A stretch of DNA of 64,000 bases from positions 19,530,001-19,594,000 of the forward strand of contig OZ365112.1 in the NCBI GenBank assembly GCA_977030845.1, in the 5' to 3' direction. Shown one piece after another: positions 39,301 through 54,300 of the stretch. Position numbers and translations under genes: made by a program. Each line of letters opens with the position of its first letter. The stretch's first letter is position 1. The notes beneath the pieces were generated by a model, which was given only the letters and a program-made list of their open reading frames with translations, had not been told where the DNA came from and searched no databases. Source of the DNA: Fimbriosthenelais zetlandica (taxonomy: Eukaryota).

Positions 39301-42300
39301 ATTAGGCGTTAGCTGTTCGTAAACTTGTTCAAATCATCAAGAGGACTGAGTGAAGGCACCGGAGCTTTTTTTAGTTGCATAACATACATCATAAACACTG
39401 GATTTATTTTCTAAGTACTGTAATATTAAAAAAGGGACAGAAACATGTGTGAACATTGGGAAGCTATGGCATCGATGCTGACAGGGACTTCATACGTGTT
39501 GTTATAACACCAAACACAGAGACTAACACTAACTGTCACGAGCATAAAATGTCACCTCACACAGAATCCCATGTCCTCATACTACATAACTGCCATCTTT
39601 CACCATCCTTTATATATCCACAGCGACATAGACTTCATTTCAAGCCATCAACCATATATCACCCAAGGAACCCTTGAACACCACTCCACCTTTTGCTATT
39701 TTGTTTCTTTTATTTTCGTCGAATAAGCAAAGATAATAAAGCATTTATTTTGGAATAACCGATTGGTAATTAGCTGCTAATTAATTGGTATTATTGAGGT
39801 TTTCTTACCTTAGTTGCTGCGTCTACATTGGCCCCTCGTTTCAATAGTTCTGTGACAATGTTAACATGCCCTTCTTTAGACGCAAGGTGGAGAGCATTCA
39901 ATCCATTCTGAAAGGCACAAAAGCAAGTACGGTTATTTACCATTGAAAACTAATAAAATTCTCCATGATATATTTAAGAAATTATTTCAATTGGTAATAT
40001 AAAAGTCCTGTAAATAATATTTTATAGAAATTGGGCATAGTATGATATTGCAATATACAACATATTCTCTAAAGAGTCCCTATGGCCTTCAATTTCTTTT
40101 AGTGAAGGCACATTAATGTCCCACTGTCCACATTATTAATTGGTACACAATGAATGGTAAAGATACAAATGGTTGAAGGGAAAGTCATAAGCATGCATCA
40201 GTAGAGGAGGTGTGGCATGTAACATTGATGTATGGGCTATGGGTGGGTTTAGCTATGTCAGATTCAGTGTAAAGGTGACTAAGATCAGGTCAGTTTGTTT
40301 ATAAATAACCCAGAGATGGAGCTACCCACAAAACTGCTCCCATAACTCGCTATGTAGGCTGCAGCAGAGAGAGAGAGTGTGTGGATGTTCACACGTTTCT
40401 TCACCACTTGGTGATGGCGGGGCAGCTTTTAAAAATAATTACTGTATCACCAGCTCACAACAGATTCATTCATGACATTTTTTCGAGTGCCACTACATTT
40501 TCCCCCACATAAAGGTCATGTTCATTGAATATTATGCCTATGAGGTCAGCGTAAAGGCTTTGAAACCGATACTGAACATGGTGGCAACACATTGTCATCG
40601 GGGAAATACATGCTAGAGAAAAAAAGTCATAATCTCTTCCAGCTACCACCTAATCTGGGGATTGGGAAATCATGAACATTTTCTAGAAATCAATTGGATA
40701 CCGACATAAATGTTCTACTTCAACAGAATTGAATTGGAGGGCGATGCCCAAATAAATGTCCTACCTCATTTAATAGAATTCAATTGGAGGGCGTTTTTGA
40801 TCACGATCCATTGTGATTCTACATGTTTTGTGTTAATATTCAAGTGATTAGGCCAGTTGTAGAATAGCAGTTGTCAGATGTGATATAACCACACATTGAC
40901 AAGCCACCACCTTTCTTAGGATGATCAGAATCATTGTCTTTCCAGCTTCGATCTAATCATAGATCTATGATCTAATCCTACAAACCCGGGTAGCCTCACT
41001 AGGTTGTATGAGTACATGTTTGTCAATCATGTCTCACACCAAGCCGAACACCATGTCTGTCGTGGCTTCAAACAACTGCCCCCTATAGTGTTGATAAGTT
41101 TGTCACTTATGTCATTTTGCTCGAACTTTTCTTGCAAAACTGCTTCCATTATCCGTATCTACTTTTTCTCCCATGCCGGGTTGTTTTGCTTCATATCCGT
41201 CTTCTGCGTGCCTTATTGCCGCAGCATGTTGTAGATTACCACAAACTTCAGCACATTTGGACTGAAATAAATGTTCCGTGCTTTTGTAATATTTCCAATC
41301 TACTTCAATTGAACATGGGTACATGTTTGGTACTTTTGTGTGATTGAAAAGCCAGACCGTCCTCGATTGACACTGAATAAGCCGCTTCCAGGGAAATCCC
41401 CTCAGGCAGTAGGTGAAGTTCAGTGGTTGAATATCTCTTGTCATCGATTATAATCGCGTTTCCGCTTAGTCGAGAATTGTTACCACTTGCTTTGGCCACT
41501 CTATGAATATCTCTCATGTCTCTTCTGAAAGGTCGCCTTTTGATAGATCTTCATTAATATATGTGTGCCCCCATTTCCCCATGCCTTTCAAGTTTTTAAC
41601 TGATTTGAAGACGGTGGCTTTCAGATCGGGCGACTTCAATCGGATTAATACCGGTCGGTGTTTGTTTGGTAGCTTTTGTCATAGCCTGATATTGCAATAA
41701 CATGTTCTGCCCCAATGTCATTGACAAATTCACATACTTTTCACATACCTTCCCCTTCTCCCATGCCTTCTACTATTAAATTGGGTTTTTTCTTTTCATT
41801 TTCCAAAGCAATGATTCTTTTCTCGTTTTCTAAGTTTTTGCTCGCAAGTTATGAGTTTTTCGGGGGTGGGGGATGACACATAGATCATTAAAATTTCAAC
41901 CGAAAAGCATTCACATTTAATGTTAATTCATGTCATCATAATCCGAACATCTCAGGGATCCAAGGAAGTTGATCCAAGAGTTGATAAAGATGGATAAGGC
42001 AGTTTGAATCGTGAACGACGCCTCTGAATGTTTCACTTGAAAGGTTTTAAAGGGGTACTTTATGGAACCAGTGTGCAATGTGGACAGGCAGAGGGGTGCT
42101 AAGGCTATGGTACTTTTTTCATACACTTCTCCTCCTACTCCCTTTCACTGAGAACTCGTCTCCACTCAGCCCCTGAGTTGCTCACATCTCCTGACCTATA
42201 TCTTCCCACGCTTGTTTTTATCTAAACCACCTGCTCCTGAGGGTAAACATTACTATAGAATATGTCCCATATATGTATAGAAACCATATTACCAACAGGG

Positions 42301-45300
42301 GGTAAATGCTATATCATTATAACATTAAGCCAATTTGGGCTCTCTTTTCACTTGTCATAGGTCGTCCCCAATATTAGCACAAATGATATCATGATACTAT
42401 AATGTTATGTGAATTATACTCCCATTCAGAGCAGGCGCCCAGATATTCTAGCATTACTCCCGTATATTATCAAAGAGTCACGAGCAAACTAAATTTACTA
42501 CCACAGCCACTAGTATATTAAAGCAAAGTCAATTTCCCACATACTTTATGGGCATGCCCACGTGGCTGCTTTTTGGCAACATCAGGGCAACTCCAATGTA
42601 AGGTACAAACCATGTTTATAGCCGGGATAATGAAATATCATGTTAAATTGAGATTCATTGTTGAATCTAGCCTTTTTGTTCATTATACAGGGCTATATAC
42701 AGCATGAGAAGGTGAGTATGAGTGACGCTGTAAGAGTTAAAGGGCAGCTGTTGTGTGTTAAAAGGCCCATTGATCCCTGACTCCATGCATCATTCATTTT
42801 AATCCATGATATGTGGGCCAGAACTATCAACAGTGGAGATGTTTTTTAATGAATTCACATAAATCTTACGTATACGTATGACTAGGACTGCTCCGACAAA
42901 ACTGGGGTGCCCAAAAAGAGTCCTACGTACTATAGGTTTGACTTTATTTACACAAAAGCTTCCTTATGTTTTACCCTAGATATTTTTGCAGGCTAAAAAC
43001 TAAATGTCAAATGAAGAACTAGACGTGAAACTCTGCCATGTCTGGGTAGATAATGTAGATAGAATTTGTGATATATGGGTGTATTACTGTGTTGAGTTGG
43101 GTCACATATATACACGTGTTTCTCATCGGGAGGGAAGACATGGCTGGTGTTTTCATGTTATAATATAGCCAGGGGCATAGCACGTCAACAGTCATCATTG
43201 GCGCATCAGGCATTATGGTGTCATCAGTTCCAATCCAGCAAAATGCAACACCGTGAATCAAGCGGATATTGGTGTCCTCCACTAATCTTGGGAAGCCATC
43301 TTTAGCATGCATATAAATTACCAATTTTCTGGAATATGCGTGATAAAAGATGCATGGAGATGATATCTCATGTCACTTTGTTTTAGTCCTACTTCCATCA
43401 GCACTTAAAACAGCAATGGATGACACTTAAAACACACACTTCATCTATAAATAGATGTCTGTGCTTATCGTATTACACCAAAAGACAACAGAAAGACAAC
43501 AAAGACCTGCTTGTGATCAGCCAAAATTTGGGTCGTTGCCTTAGTAACCCTGCCCACTCTGGAGCATAATGGATCCAGTTGTATGGGGCCTCTCTTGGTG
43601 GTGATATTGGTAGGTAGGCTTTTTACATTGGACCATTTTTCGTGAAATATCATTCCAGTTATGTGCTAAGAAAAGATATTTAATAAGAGACTGGTGTTAG
43701 AACTTATTTCTCCGCCATCTGTAATGAGTATGTAGGGTTGACATTTGTCGCCTCTTATCTTTAGTCATGTACCAGAAGTTGTAGGGGGTAATGCCAGAAG
43801 TCCCCTGTGACCTTTTTTTAGAATGTTTATAATGCTAGACTTTCCCCTTAGGATGGAATAATCTGAGTTGTTCTATACTGTGGTGACAGATTGGGAGATA
43901 AGGAGACACTCCTAGTACAGGGCCTGCTCTGTCTTCGTACCCAGAAGTGTCATGTGAGATCATAGCAGGATTCTTAAGTGAGGATAAATGATGCAGAAGT
44001 ATAAATTAAAGTGTAATTGGTGTACCAGTTGATCCAGTAGAAACACTGACGCACTTTGTTCAGGCATTTTAAGGCAGAATATGTGTGCATGTATCAAAGT
44101 TTCTTTTAGGATATCAACCACTCATGTGAGTATCATTTGGTGAATGTCAATCAGCACCGAGCATTATTCAGTTTCTCTTTCCACTTCTTTCCCAATTTCC
44201 TTTTTAAAAAACGTTGCTACGGTCTGTTCATGTATCGTATGTGAGTGACAGAGGTATTATTTCAGGTTCATGTCAGATAATCCTGTAAAAGCCAGCACTG
44301 GAACATTGTAAGCGTCAGGTTCCTTGAAGCCCGTCACCCCGTCATGTGTAACAAAGTCTGATCTTATACGATGAACCATGATTGATTACAACAAACTTGC
44401 TACATTTTCATTTTTTTACCCACTAACATTTCTAACATTTCGATTTTGGGTTTAAAATACTAGTTTCTTCCACTGGATATGCAGCCAATTCTCTAGAGCA
44501 ACTTATCTGAAAAGCTGTTGCTGATGACTCGCCATATTGGAACAGTTAAATAGAGCATGAAATTTGCATGGCATTTGGACTTTGGTATTTCCTCAACAGG
44601 AATTCACTTCATGCATGTCTTACGGCTCAAATTATTCCCAAATGTAAACTGTTCCAGTTTCATTACCCCATGTGTTTTCTTTCTTATTCTCTTTTTTGGT
44701 CATTTTTGGGTAACAACAATGCCAGGCAATACGAGGGGCTGTGTTTAGCAAAGGTCAGTCCCTGCTCTATGTAAAAGACATGTCTCAAGGGTGAGGAGAA
44801 AAACAGTGATGTGACAGGCGACTGGTGTACATGGCCTCGGGGGTGAGCAGCTCATCCAGCCTGTCTGGGTATGGGTGGGTGAGCAGGTCTGAGAAAGTCT
44901 GAGTCATCATCTTCATTCCTGCTTGACAACCAGACTTGCCCAGGTCTTTAGAGGAGCAGCTGTGATTTCTTGGTCTTTACTCCTATTGCCATAAATGGAT
45001 CTGGTCAAGGGTGGTCAGTTTTGACCAGTGCATCACGTACCCTATAATGGGAAGCTGACCACTCCCTATGGGGGCATTGAGGGGTCTGGGGATTTACCGA
45101 TATGACGGTTGTACCCCATGGGTGCCACCAGATGGTCAGCACGTGAACATTCCACCATGTCCTGCTCACCTCCTGGGATCCAATCACTGACCATCAGCTG
45201 GTTTATAGTTACATGCCACACAATCCTGATTATTTTTATATGATCATTTCTATTAGCACCTTATAAATAAAAGTCTACTTACGGCATTACTTGTGTTGAT

Positions 45301-48300
45301 GTCTGTACTTCCTTTTAAGTATTCTAGAACTCTATCCAGGTTGCCGGCCCTGGCTGCCCGCAGGAAACTGGCGTTGCCATCCGTCTGTAAGAAATAACAA
45401 AACATTATAGAAACAAAACAGAAACCACAGGCTGACCTTATATATGTCCAGTAAATCTCTTTGGACACATGATCATGTTCTATATACAAATATAACTTTT
45501 CATCCTAATTCTAGGATTTTTATTCATGTTCTTCCTGCACAATACACTGTAGCTATTATATAGCAGTTCTTATACTAGGAAAATTTAATATTGAATCAAG
45601 TTATAACATAAAATTGATGTAAACTATCTAGGTTAGTCCACCGTACCATTGCTTGGATCTGCATGATTGGGGTCATACCACTCAGATTGCCCACAGATGC
45701 ACTCCACACACCCACCCATAAACAATTTATATCATGTAATAGAACACCATACATATACACGTGATGTGGGATCCATTTTAAAATCAACAGTACTTGGTTT
45801 CCCACGATTTCCTGAGGAAATGACTAAAATTCACATCAATATATCTTTCTAAAACATTATCAGAGAATCATAGGTTTGTGTGGGATGTTCTAAGTTGCCA
45901 TAAGCATTGATATTTGTATACATAGATGATTTGATGCTATGATATGATGAATATATGATATGACTAACAAGACTCAAAGGGTACACATCCCAATGCAAAC
46001 TTAGAACTTAGGCGAGATCTGTAGCCACAGAAGATGCCTCTGGTCTGCTGATACTAAAACAACAAATATATTGGTAGAAACTGACCCAGAAAACAAAACG
46101 TAACCCTTTGACCCTGTTTTAACCTATATCATTTTTATAAATGGGGATTTTATATTACTTCCTGTCAATATGTGCATTTTAGTTGGTGGTACTCATGATT
46201 CAAATGGGAATTAGTCCCAAAAGATCTTCAGCAATTCATGAAATGAAGCAATGATGGATACTGGGGATGTACTGGGTGTGGGAGGGAAGGGTTATAATGA
46301 TATCTTATCATTGGTGAGGGGAGGGGGGTCAAGGTGTGGTCCAACATGTGAAACCTCACCCCTGCCCACCTGTGTGGTATACCAACCACTGTATAGCTGG
46401 TGAAAGTGGTCGCTAATCTAACCTGTACACAGATGGCTAAATGGATCCAATATAGCTACTAATAAACAAGCAATATAACCCCCAATACACACATTTTAAT
46501 CTATATTCTCCATACACGTATTTGAGAGAATATACTTAAAGGTTCATATATATTTCATGGAGTCATATGACGTTATAGGAGCATCTTTCACCAGCTAATA
46601 AATCAAAATTGTTATTAGGATAGAGTTACCAAAGAGGGTGAGGTGATGATAATGCCAGCCTGTTGAAAGGTGGGTAAACCTGAAACCCAGAAACCTTAAA
46701 TACCAGGCGGCTCCCCACTCCACGGCCAGAGATAACCTCCAACTGGCTGCCAGCTACTCCACATCATCGTGCACACTGTATGGGGTGCACATGTAATCGT
46801 AAGGTAGATAGACTCAGAGTAGAATATTTAGTTTGTACCCTACATTCCACAAAACAAATCAGCTGCACACAGTGCTTCTTGTTTGCCAGAATACCATTGA
46901 AGAATTCACTGAGCATGGCAGGAGATTCTAGAGCAAGAAATTAGCTAGAAAATCATTAAATCTTGAGGTATGCCAGTACTGCAAGATGCCATAGGTTAAG
47001 CATCCACTAGAAAGCAATGCCAATTGCAAGCAATTTTTGGGAAGATGGGTCACATGTAGGCTGTTTTTTTTTAATAACTATCTCACAGATATCTTGGAAC
47101 TCAGGAACAAAAGTAGATAAAGACTCGTGTAATCCATTATTTACCCATACACTACTAGAGAAAATCAATCCAGCCCACAACATGGCCCAGTCACATCTGT
47201 GTGTACATTATTTTACTACTAGACTCGGCACCTACAATGGCGGTTACCATGGATACCTTGCTACAAAGATAAGGTTGTCATAGCAACTGAGGCTCGTGTT
47301 GTAAGCATGGCTTGTGTTCCTGGAAGTGGATGTACTTGTATAAGGAGGGAGAGGGATACGGCTGTATGGAGTTGTGTAATCTGTGACAACATACAGTGTA
47401 TCCCTGGATCTTCAGTAACCAAAGGTATGTCTGGAACGACAGGCATTCTGTTACGGGAGATCCAGTCATTTACATTTTTTTTCAGCCACAGCGGACAAAT
47501 TTCTCTGATTATAAGTATTTTAGGGCATCAAATGAAATTCAATAAAAATCCGGGATAATTCTCATCTCTTTCAGAGATCTATTAATATTTTTTTAAATTC
47601 TGATATTACCTGAAGATTTTCTACTAATTTTCTACTTATTCAATTACTGGATTTCATAGTATTCCATTTTAAAAGCCTATTATTGTGTTCAATACAGTAC
47701 ATTCAATACAGTACAGTATTGTTTTGTCGGTGCTATTTATTCTGCTCCAGCTGTTTAAAGATTCAACGGCAATTTTGACATAAAACATCTCCATCGGGAT
47801 GGCTTGAGTTGTTGTTGACCACGACTGACCTCCTTTCTCCTGGGTTGGGTGGTATTTTCACAGACCAGTGAAGTTAACTTCACTTTAGTTTGCAAGTCCA
47901 TCACTCACACAATCCGCCACCACCCAGGCTTTCTCCCCTCCAGGCACACACAGGAGGGGGAAGAGGGAAAACGTGGGCAAGTATACATGACATGGCCAAC
48001 ATCAAAGCTTCCAAACAGAGGTACACATAGGAAGATATCAAGTTAGGATTAAATCATGTAAACTTCTTATAAATATCAATCATAAGAGGGAAGTGAAGAG
48101 GGGGAAGTGTGTAGGCACGTCACTGTTTTTTTGGGAGGCAGAGATCATACTCGGGCAGTTAGATGAGCATGACCTAGTGGCCAAGATGAGCAACTCGGGG
48201 GAAATGCCCTGAGGAGGCGGAGAGGGAAAAAAGTGGGAGTACACACTTCTTGTGAGGAACAAGGAGTAAGATATGAGTAATATTTCACTCTGGGGATGTT

Positions 48301-51300
48301 AACGTTTACAGTTGAGTCACTCAATCGATGTATACTCTTAATAAAGGTACAAACGTTACAAATCAGTTAAAGATCTTCTTTGATGCCATTGAATAAACTC
48401 TCAGCATGAAGGAAATGTACTGATATTATCAGGGAGTCGGGAAAATGAAATCCAGATTAATAATTATGTTAATATCTTATTCTGCCTCAAAAATGGCAAA
48501 AGCTGAGAATATTTGACTAATATGACTAATATTTGAAAGGGAGAATCGCACAGAGACGCCAAAGGATGTTATACTCGTGCATTGGGTTAATATCAACAGA
48601 GATGGTGTAGACGATGGGATTATGATATAGGAGTCACAGATGAGGTCGGGTGATAGCACAGGGACCACCGACTGTGACATTGATAAGGATCACACTGCTC
48701 CCCTACTGCTGTCAGCAGGTCCTACCGACGTGACCATATGAGTAAAACAAAAGGGAAAACATTTCGTACCTTTCAGGCAGGTTTAGTTTCTTGAACTTTA
48801 TAAAGCGGTATGTTTTTTTTATCAAGGTTGAAATAGATTGTTTTTTATGGGAGGTTCAGAGAGAAGCAGGCTGGGACAGATGTAAGCAAGCATCAGGTAT
48901 GACCATTGACCCAGAGCAGGTCAAATAAACCAGCCTGGGCTGGTGAAGTGTTACACATCATGCTGCCCAGGCCCCCTGATGCTCACCTCACTATATTCCC
49001 TGCCTCTATCTGTGCCCACGGGCTCCTCAAAGTAAACGTATGATATGATGCACTGAACACATGTTGGCACAGATTATACTATACTCACGCCTCATTAATC
49101 ATGCCCCCTCAACTCACCCAGAGTATTTTTTTTACTCATACTTTGCCAGGATCCAGGTCAAAATATCATTAAATTTATACCCTATATTCAGCAATTCTTC
49201 TAACTCCACTGCACTGTCTTCTATCTCACTTGAATTGAACATTTTTGCAACTTTGTATATTGTTTTCCCCCTTCATTTTGCCAAGGGCCACTGAAGTTCA
49301 TGGAAATGATAATGAAGAAGACTTTGCAACAGTCACATCTTCGTGACATTAGGCCCAGGTTTCCCGTTGCCATAACAACCGTATGGAAACATGCAAGGAA
49401 TGCTAAAGCCAAGGGGCAGATGACTAGGGGTGAGACAGCCTATTACAAACTATAGAAATAGTCGAGCTAACAACCCTACACCGTCTTGAGTATGGAACCC
49501 ACACACTGTGAATTTATTTTCTGTTTTATTCTTCTGGTTTTTTTTTTAATCTTTTGACCCTGGCAGTAACAGAGGGGTACCCTGGTAAATGTAGAGGATC
49601 CATCGTGTTAGTTTTTGCTACTTTCCCTTGCACTCACAGTGAAGGAACTATTGTGTAGGGTGTCTTTTTATTAAGGTGGCATGACGAGATTATGGCAACA
49701 ATGTTTGAAGAGAGGAGAAAAATTCTCGGTTGGATTGAGGTGTGGATTTACTTTCAGACAATATTTTCATCACCACACGTCATTCAGACAACATGAATCA
49801 AGGACAGCTCAGCTGTTGCCTATTACTGTCGGTGAAATTAATCTCAAATGCAAAAGGTGTGGTAACATGGTGTACTTTATATTACAGTAAAGTCAGTTGA
49901 GGATTGCATAAAGCTCCCTGCAGGAAGCATCAAGATAAAATCATTTACTTCCTCTAGATTTTCCTCTTATCTTAAGGTAGGTCATTGTACTTTTCCAGCA
50001 CTTCATAGCACCCCTAGGGCGCGGTTTACAACCCTGGACGTCTCAGCTGGACACCACCTGCATCATATTAGATACATCACATATCACGAATACACATAGT
50101 TAGCATTTAGTCAGTGGTCAGTGTATTCACAACTAACCAGATAGCTCAGCTTATACTGTCCCACCATTTTGTGTAGATGTCACCTTTTCGTATTTCAGAG
50201 GCTCGTGCAAGACAACTTTGTGCATTGACTGCTTGATCTGAGTTGTCTAAAGAAAACTCTGTTAAATGAGCAGCTTAAAAATAGACACCATTGAAGAAAT
50301 GGTACACCAGCTGCTCTTGACTAATTGACCAATAAATAATCTCTAAGATTTTATATGATAGTTTCTCATCTTTATTTTTCATGTCCCCGCTCTGGCATTC
50401 CAGACGAGGGAGGAGTTATTAGCGACCTCTTGACTAAAGTTGGGAAGTTCCTAAGTTCAACCCACGCATGAATCTAAACACTAAGCATTTTATTTGGGAC
50501 CTTTTCCTCACCCTCTTAGTGGTGTACTTCCGCCCACGTCCCTGTAAATACTCATTATCTCCTACTACAGTATAGGCAGAGGGTGGTACTGTTTATTATT
50601 TAAGGGATAAAATAAAATAATTAATGTGTCTATGGCATTTATGTATACCAACTATCCCATACCAGCATGACCCATATCTCCTTTAATATCGTTGCTGTTC
50701 AATACTGTATGTTAAAAATGTTTTGCAGTGGTATAGATTTTACCATCTGCCAATGGATGCAAAGTGGTATAATACAACAGAAAAGCATCTGTTCACAGCC
50801 ATGTCTGTGTCCGTGTACCCTGATACAGGCCTACATAGGAGGGGTTCACACAGGAGAAAGTATGTGGGACTGTAAATCCTGACCATGTAAATAATCAGTC
50901 TTGGTCAGGAGTACTGGGAAAACATTGCTATCATTGAACACCTACTATTCCAGAGATAGCCCCATACCTATACTGTAACGCAGTCAGTTAGGCCTCATGC
51001 CTATGGGCGTTCTCTCAGTCTATACCTATAACATAAGCCTGAAAATAACCACTGATAGATAGACTCACAGTCAGTAGTGTTACTAGCTGGTGTTGGAGGA
51101 AATGACGAGGAGAAATGCTCACAGGCAGTAGTTTGCTAGTGGTAAGTTTGTAGTATACTGACAGCTTTATTTACCGTATTTCCCAGGTTGGGCTGGCCAT
51201 ATAGACTTATAAACTTAGTATATTCACTTAGTCTGTGGTGTATTTCATATTCATTGTAAATATATGGAACGCCGGCAAGCCTGGGCCATAAAATAGCTGG

Positions 51301-54300
51301 GCCTGTAGACAGGTAGATAATGGCCATGGGCGTGGATATGGGGTACCACAGCTAGTGAAAGCAGAGGAGGAGTGAGGGTTAGATAGATATATACTGGAGT
51401 GGGGGAAAGGTCGGGGTGAACATCCTACGGAGGCTTGTGATGGCTAAGAAATGAACAGCCATACCCCTGCTACTCCTGGCTCTCACAACTGTTACCTGAT
51501 TATCACAAATTAACACCGGGTGTGTTTGACACATTGTAATCATTAACCAACGAATGAATGCCCCACGACCTTTTAATCTCATGGATATGAATAGTTACAG
51601 GGTCGTCTTGGATAAGCACTGGGATTAATCCTTTTAGCAGAGCCTACTTAATATCTCTCAGACGTTAAATGGGGTATATGCGGTACAAGGTACTCCAAAA
51701 GCTTGGTGCATGTATCACGCAGAGAGACTGCGGCAATTTAACCTTGGTACAGGTGTATATAAATTCGATATTGGTGCCTCAGCGGGTATAGCTTCATTTT
51801 AAATTGAACCAATTGTAATTTTCTGGATTTCAAATTCACGGGGGGAGCCGGTAAGTAAGTTGTTAGGGGAATGTGTGATGGTATTCGTGAACACTGGAGG
51901 GACGCTGGAGTAACCTTCCTTCCAGGCCTTCTTGCCCCCATCCCAGGCCTCGCACACTCACTCCCACACCTACCTTCTTGAATATGTTCCTCATCTTTCT
52001 CCAGCCTCCGAGACGCTTATTCCCCAGTGAGAATCCCTAGCTGTACATACAGTAAATCCTTCGTAATATCCCTTTTTACTTATCTCTCCAGGACATGGAA
52101 GGCATTAAATGGAGGAAAAAGGGTGTGGGAGAGGGTGTCAATGCCCGTGAAAGTACTAAAGTTCCTCCTGCTACTATTTCTGCTCCTCCAGTGGTGGATG
52201 GTAAACCCCTGGTAGTGTCAGCATCCTCAGCATCCACCCACAGCTTCCCCTCTCCCCCTCCAGGGTCTCTCCAGTAAACATACCACCTTCATACCACTGG
52301 TAGGCTGCAAGCACTAGGGCCCCACCTGGAGGATGGAGGCGCAACAGGTTCTGGTCATGCAACAGGGCGCATAGTATTAAACAGGGAATTCAGGGAATTG
52401 GGAATACGTCAATGACTTGGAGGATACATGATCATGACAAGTACATGATCTCTAATGCTTTCAGAAACATTATATCTTGACTGCTTTTTAAGGCAGGTTA
52501 CGGCATTTTCACATTACAGCCAGAGAAGCAATTTTTATTAAAGTGTCGTGTCAGACAACCATTATTCTAATCAGTCCACTGATGGTGGATGATGCATTCT
52601 GAATTGGTATGACGAGGATGGAATGTGTCATAAAATGCATCTCAGCTTAATGATGAACCAACATGCCATCTTTAAGGGACCATGGCCATTGGCACAAGGC
52701 AATACGGAACTGTACTGCTGTTGCATTAGGTCCCTTGGCATGTGCTACTTCCGTAATAACATTGCAGTATTACAGAGGAATTAGATCATGAGATCATCAT
52801 AGATCATAATTATTGAGATATTAATTCCCCAGATGAGAAAGGAAGGCTGGATAAACTTACCCAACAGCGCATAATCCTAGATTGTTAATGCCTGATAGAT
52901 TAATATAATTCCCCTTTGGTAGACAAACCCTTATCTCCGATACATTGGTCTATCCTAACATGGACACCGGTAGCCTTCTCTGTACTGTAGTTATCCCTCC
53001 TATGTGGGAATGCCATATGCACATGATCATTGCATGCAGAATGCACATTGTACATCGGTACTGGAGGTATGTCATATTTCCTTTATACTCATCAGTGGGA
53101 GGGTGATGCATGAATGGTTTTTGTCAGGTGTAATGGTTAATACTACCCAGCTGTCACCCCCATCATATATCTACCTGTGTCAGGGATAGATCAATCTGAA
53201 CAATACCTCCTCATATATCAACAGTGTATGACACTATACACTCACTACATAATAAAATAGGATTGATGTTTTCACACTCTACATGCACTCTATAAATGAA
53301 CGTTTACATTCATAGACACATAGAACCATTTACAAGCCATTTAACTGCAATCAGTTCTCATTTATTGATGAGTCTAACAAATGCTGTTTCTGATATCCTA
53401 AATCAGGTGCAACCGATTTGATTGACATTTGAGGCATTGTGTCTACTGCTTCATGACTCTATGAAGTTGATATGGAGCGATCACTGCACAACAGACGTTC
53501 AACCCTTACTGCAGACTGTGCTGCTTCATTATTTAACAGGAATAATTGTCACCTTTTGGTCATTATTGTCAAAGACTGAAAGTAGCATTATTTCACCAAA
53601 ATGGTTCTATGCACAAGGCAGAAATTGCCCCTAGATATAATTCTTCTATAAAGATTCTTGAAGTGATGGTGTGATCAACACATTGCTGTTTGCAATGGTC
53701 TTGAATTTGTACAGAAGGGCAAAGTGACTTTGATCATTTTGCCGGTTGGACTGTGTATACATTATGTACATTAGTAATGCGACTATGACATCATACTGCA
53801 GCCTGGCTGGATGCTGGAGGAATGGTGTGGAGGAGGGGGGAGACCAGGCTGCTGCCACCTGCTGTTACACACACCACTGGTTCTGGTAGTCATAGTGCCA
53901 TGTAGAGCCGCCAGAGAGGCGCTACACTCCTCCAGGCGTTCAGGGGGTGGTGGAGGGTGCAGTTAGAGGAACAAGAATAAGATGGACTAATTTAAAAAAT
54001 AAATAAATTCCCTCTATGGCGGACATAAGTATTAATATGAATATTACAAGAATATTCAACAAGACGGGGCAAGACAAAAAAATTAATGAGAAGAATAGGT
54101 AAGGAGGGTAGCTGCATGGAAAAGATAAAAGGGCTATTTAAAGTGAAAAAAGATTAAAAGGGACAGCAAAAGCAGGATACAAGTTAGAAGGAGGAGGAGA
54201 CAGAGGCAGCCATGTTGGTGGAGGGGTACTACGCAGTGTCTGGGATGATCGAAGAGTCTTTTTATGCTGCTTATTCAGCGAGACGAAGATGTCTGGGTGG

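Noticed and set aside
40700-40975. Degenerate ~47-50-bp duplication and a 16-bp palindrome next to the ORF1-NADAR relic
   Set aside because: Could be the element's 3' region, but no poly(A) tail or target-site duplication was recognisable.
43019-43324. ORF fragment [11 protein letters not shown]...TIMPD faintly like the histone H3 C-terminus
   Set aside because: Needs a 7-residue insertion and has no other histone-fold residues; likely chance.
44200-44370. VPVLAFTG / TDRSNVF fragments reminiscent of RecQ-like helicase motifs
   Set aside because: No DEAH box or motif VI found in neighbouring frames; too little to call.
46274-46291. G-quadruplex-type G3 tracts here and at 59494-59515
   Set aside because: Common in such introns; nothing in the sequence indicates function.
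48726-48737. ATG GTC ACG TCG|gtagga (MVTS) mini first exon
   Set aside because: Four codons with a moderate donor; expected by chance in 16 kb.
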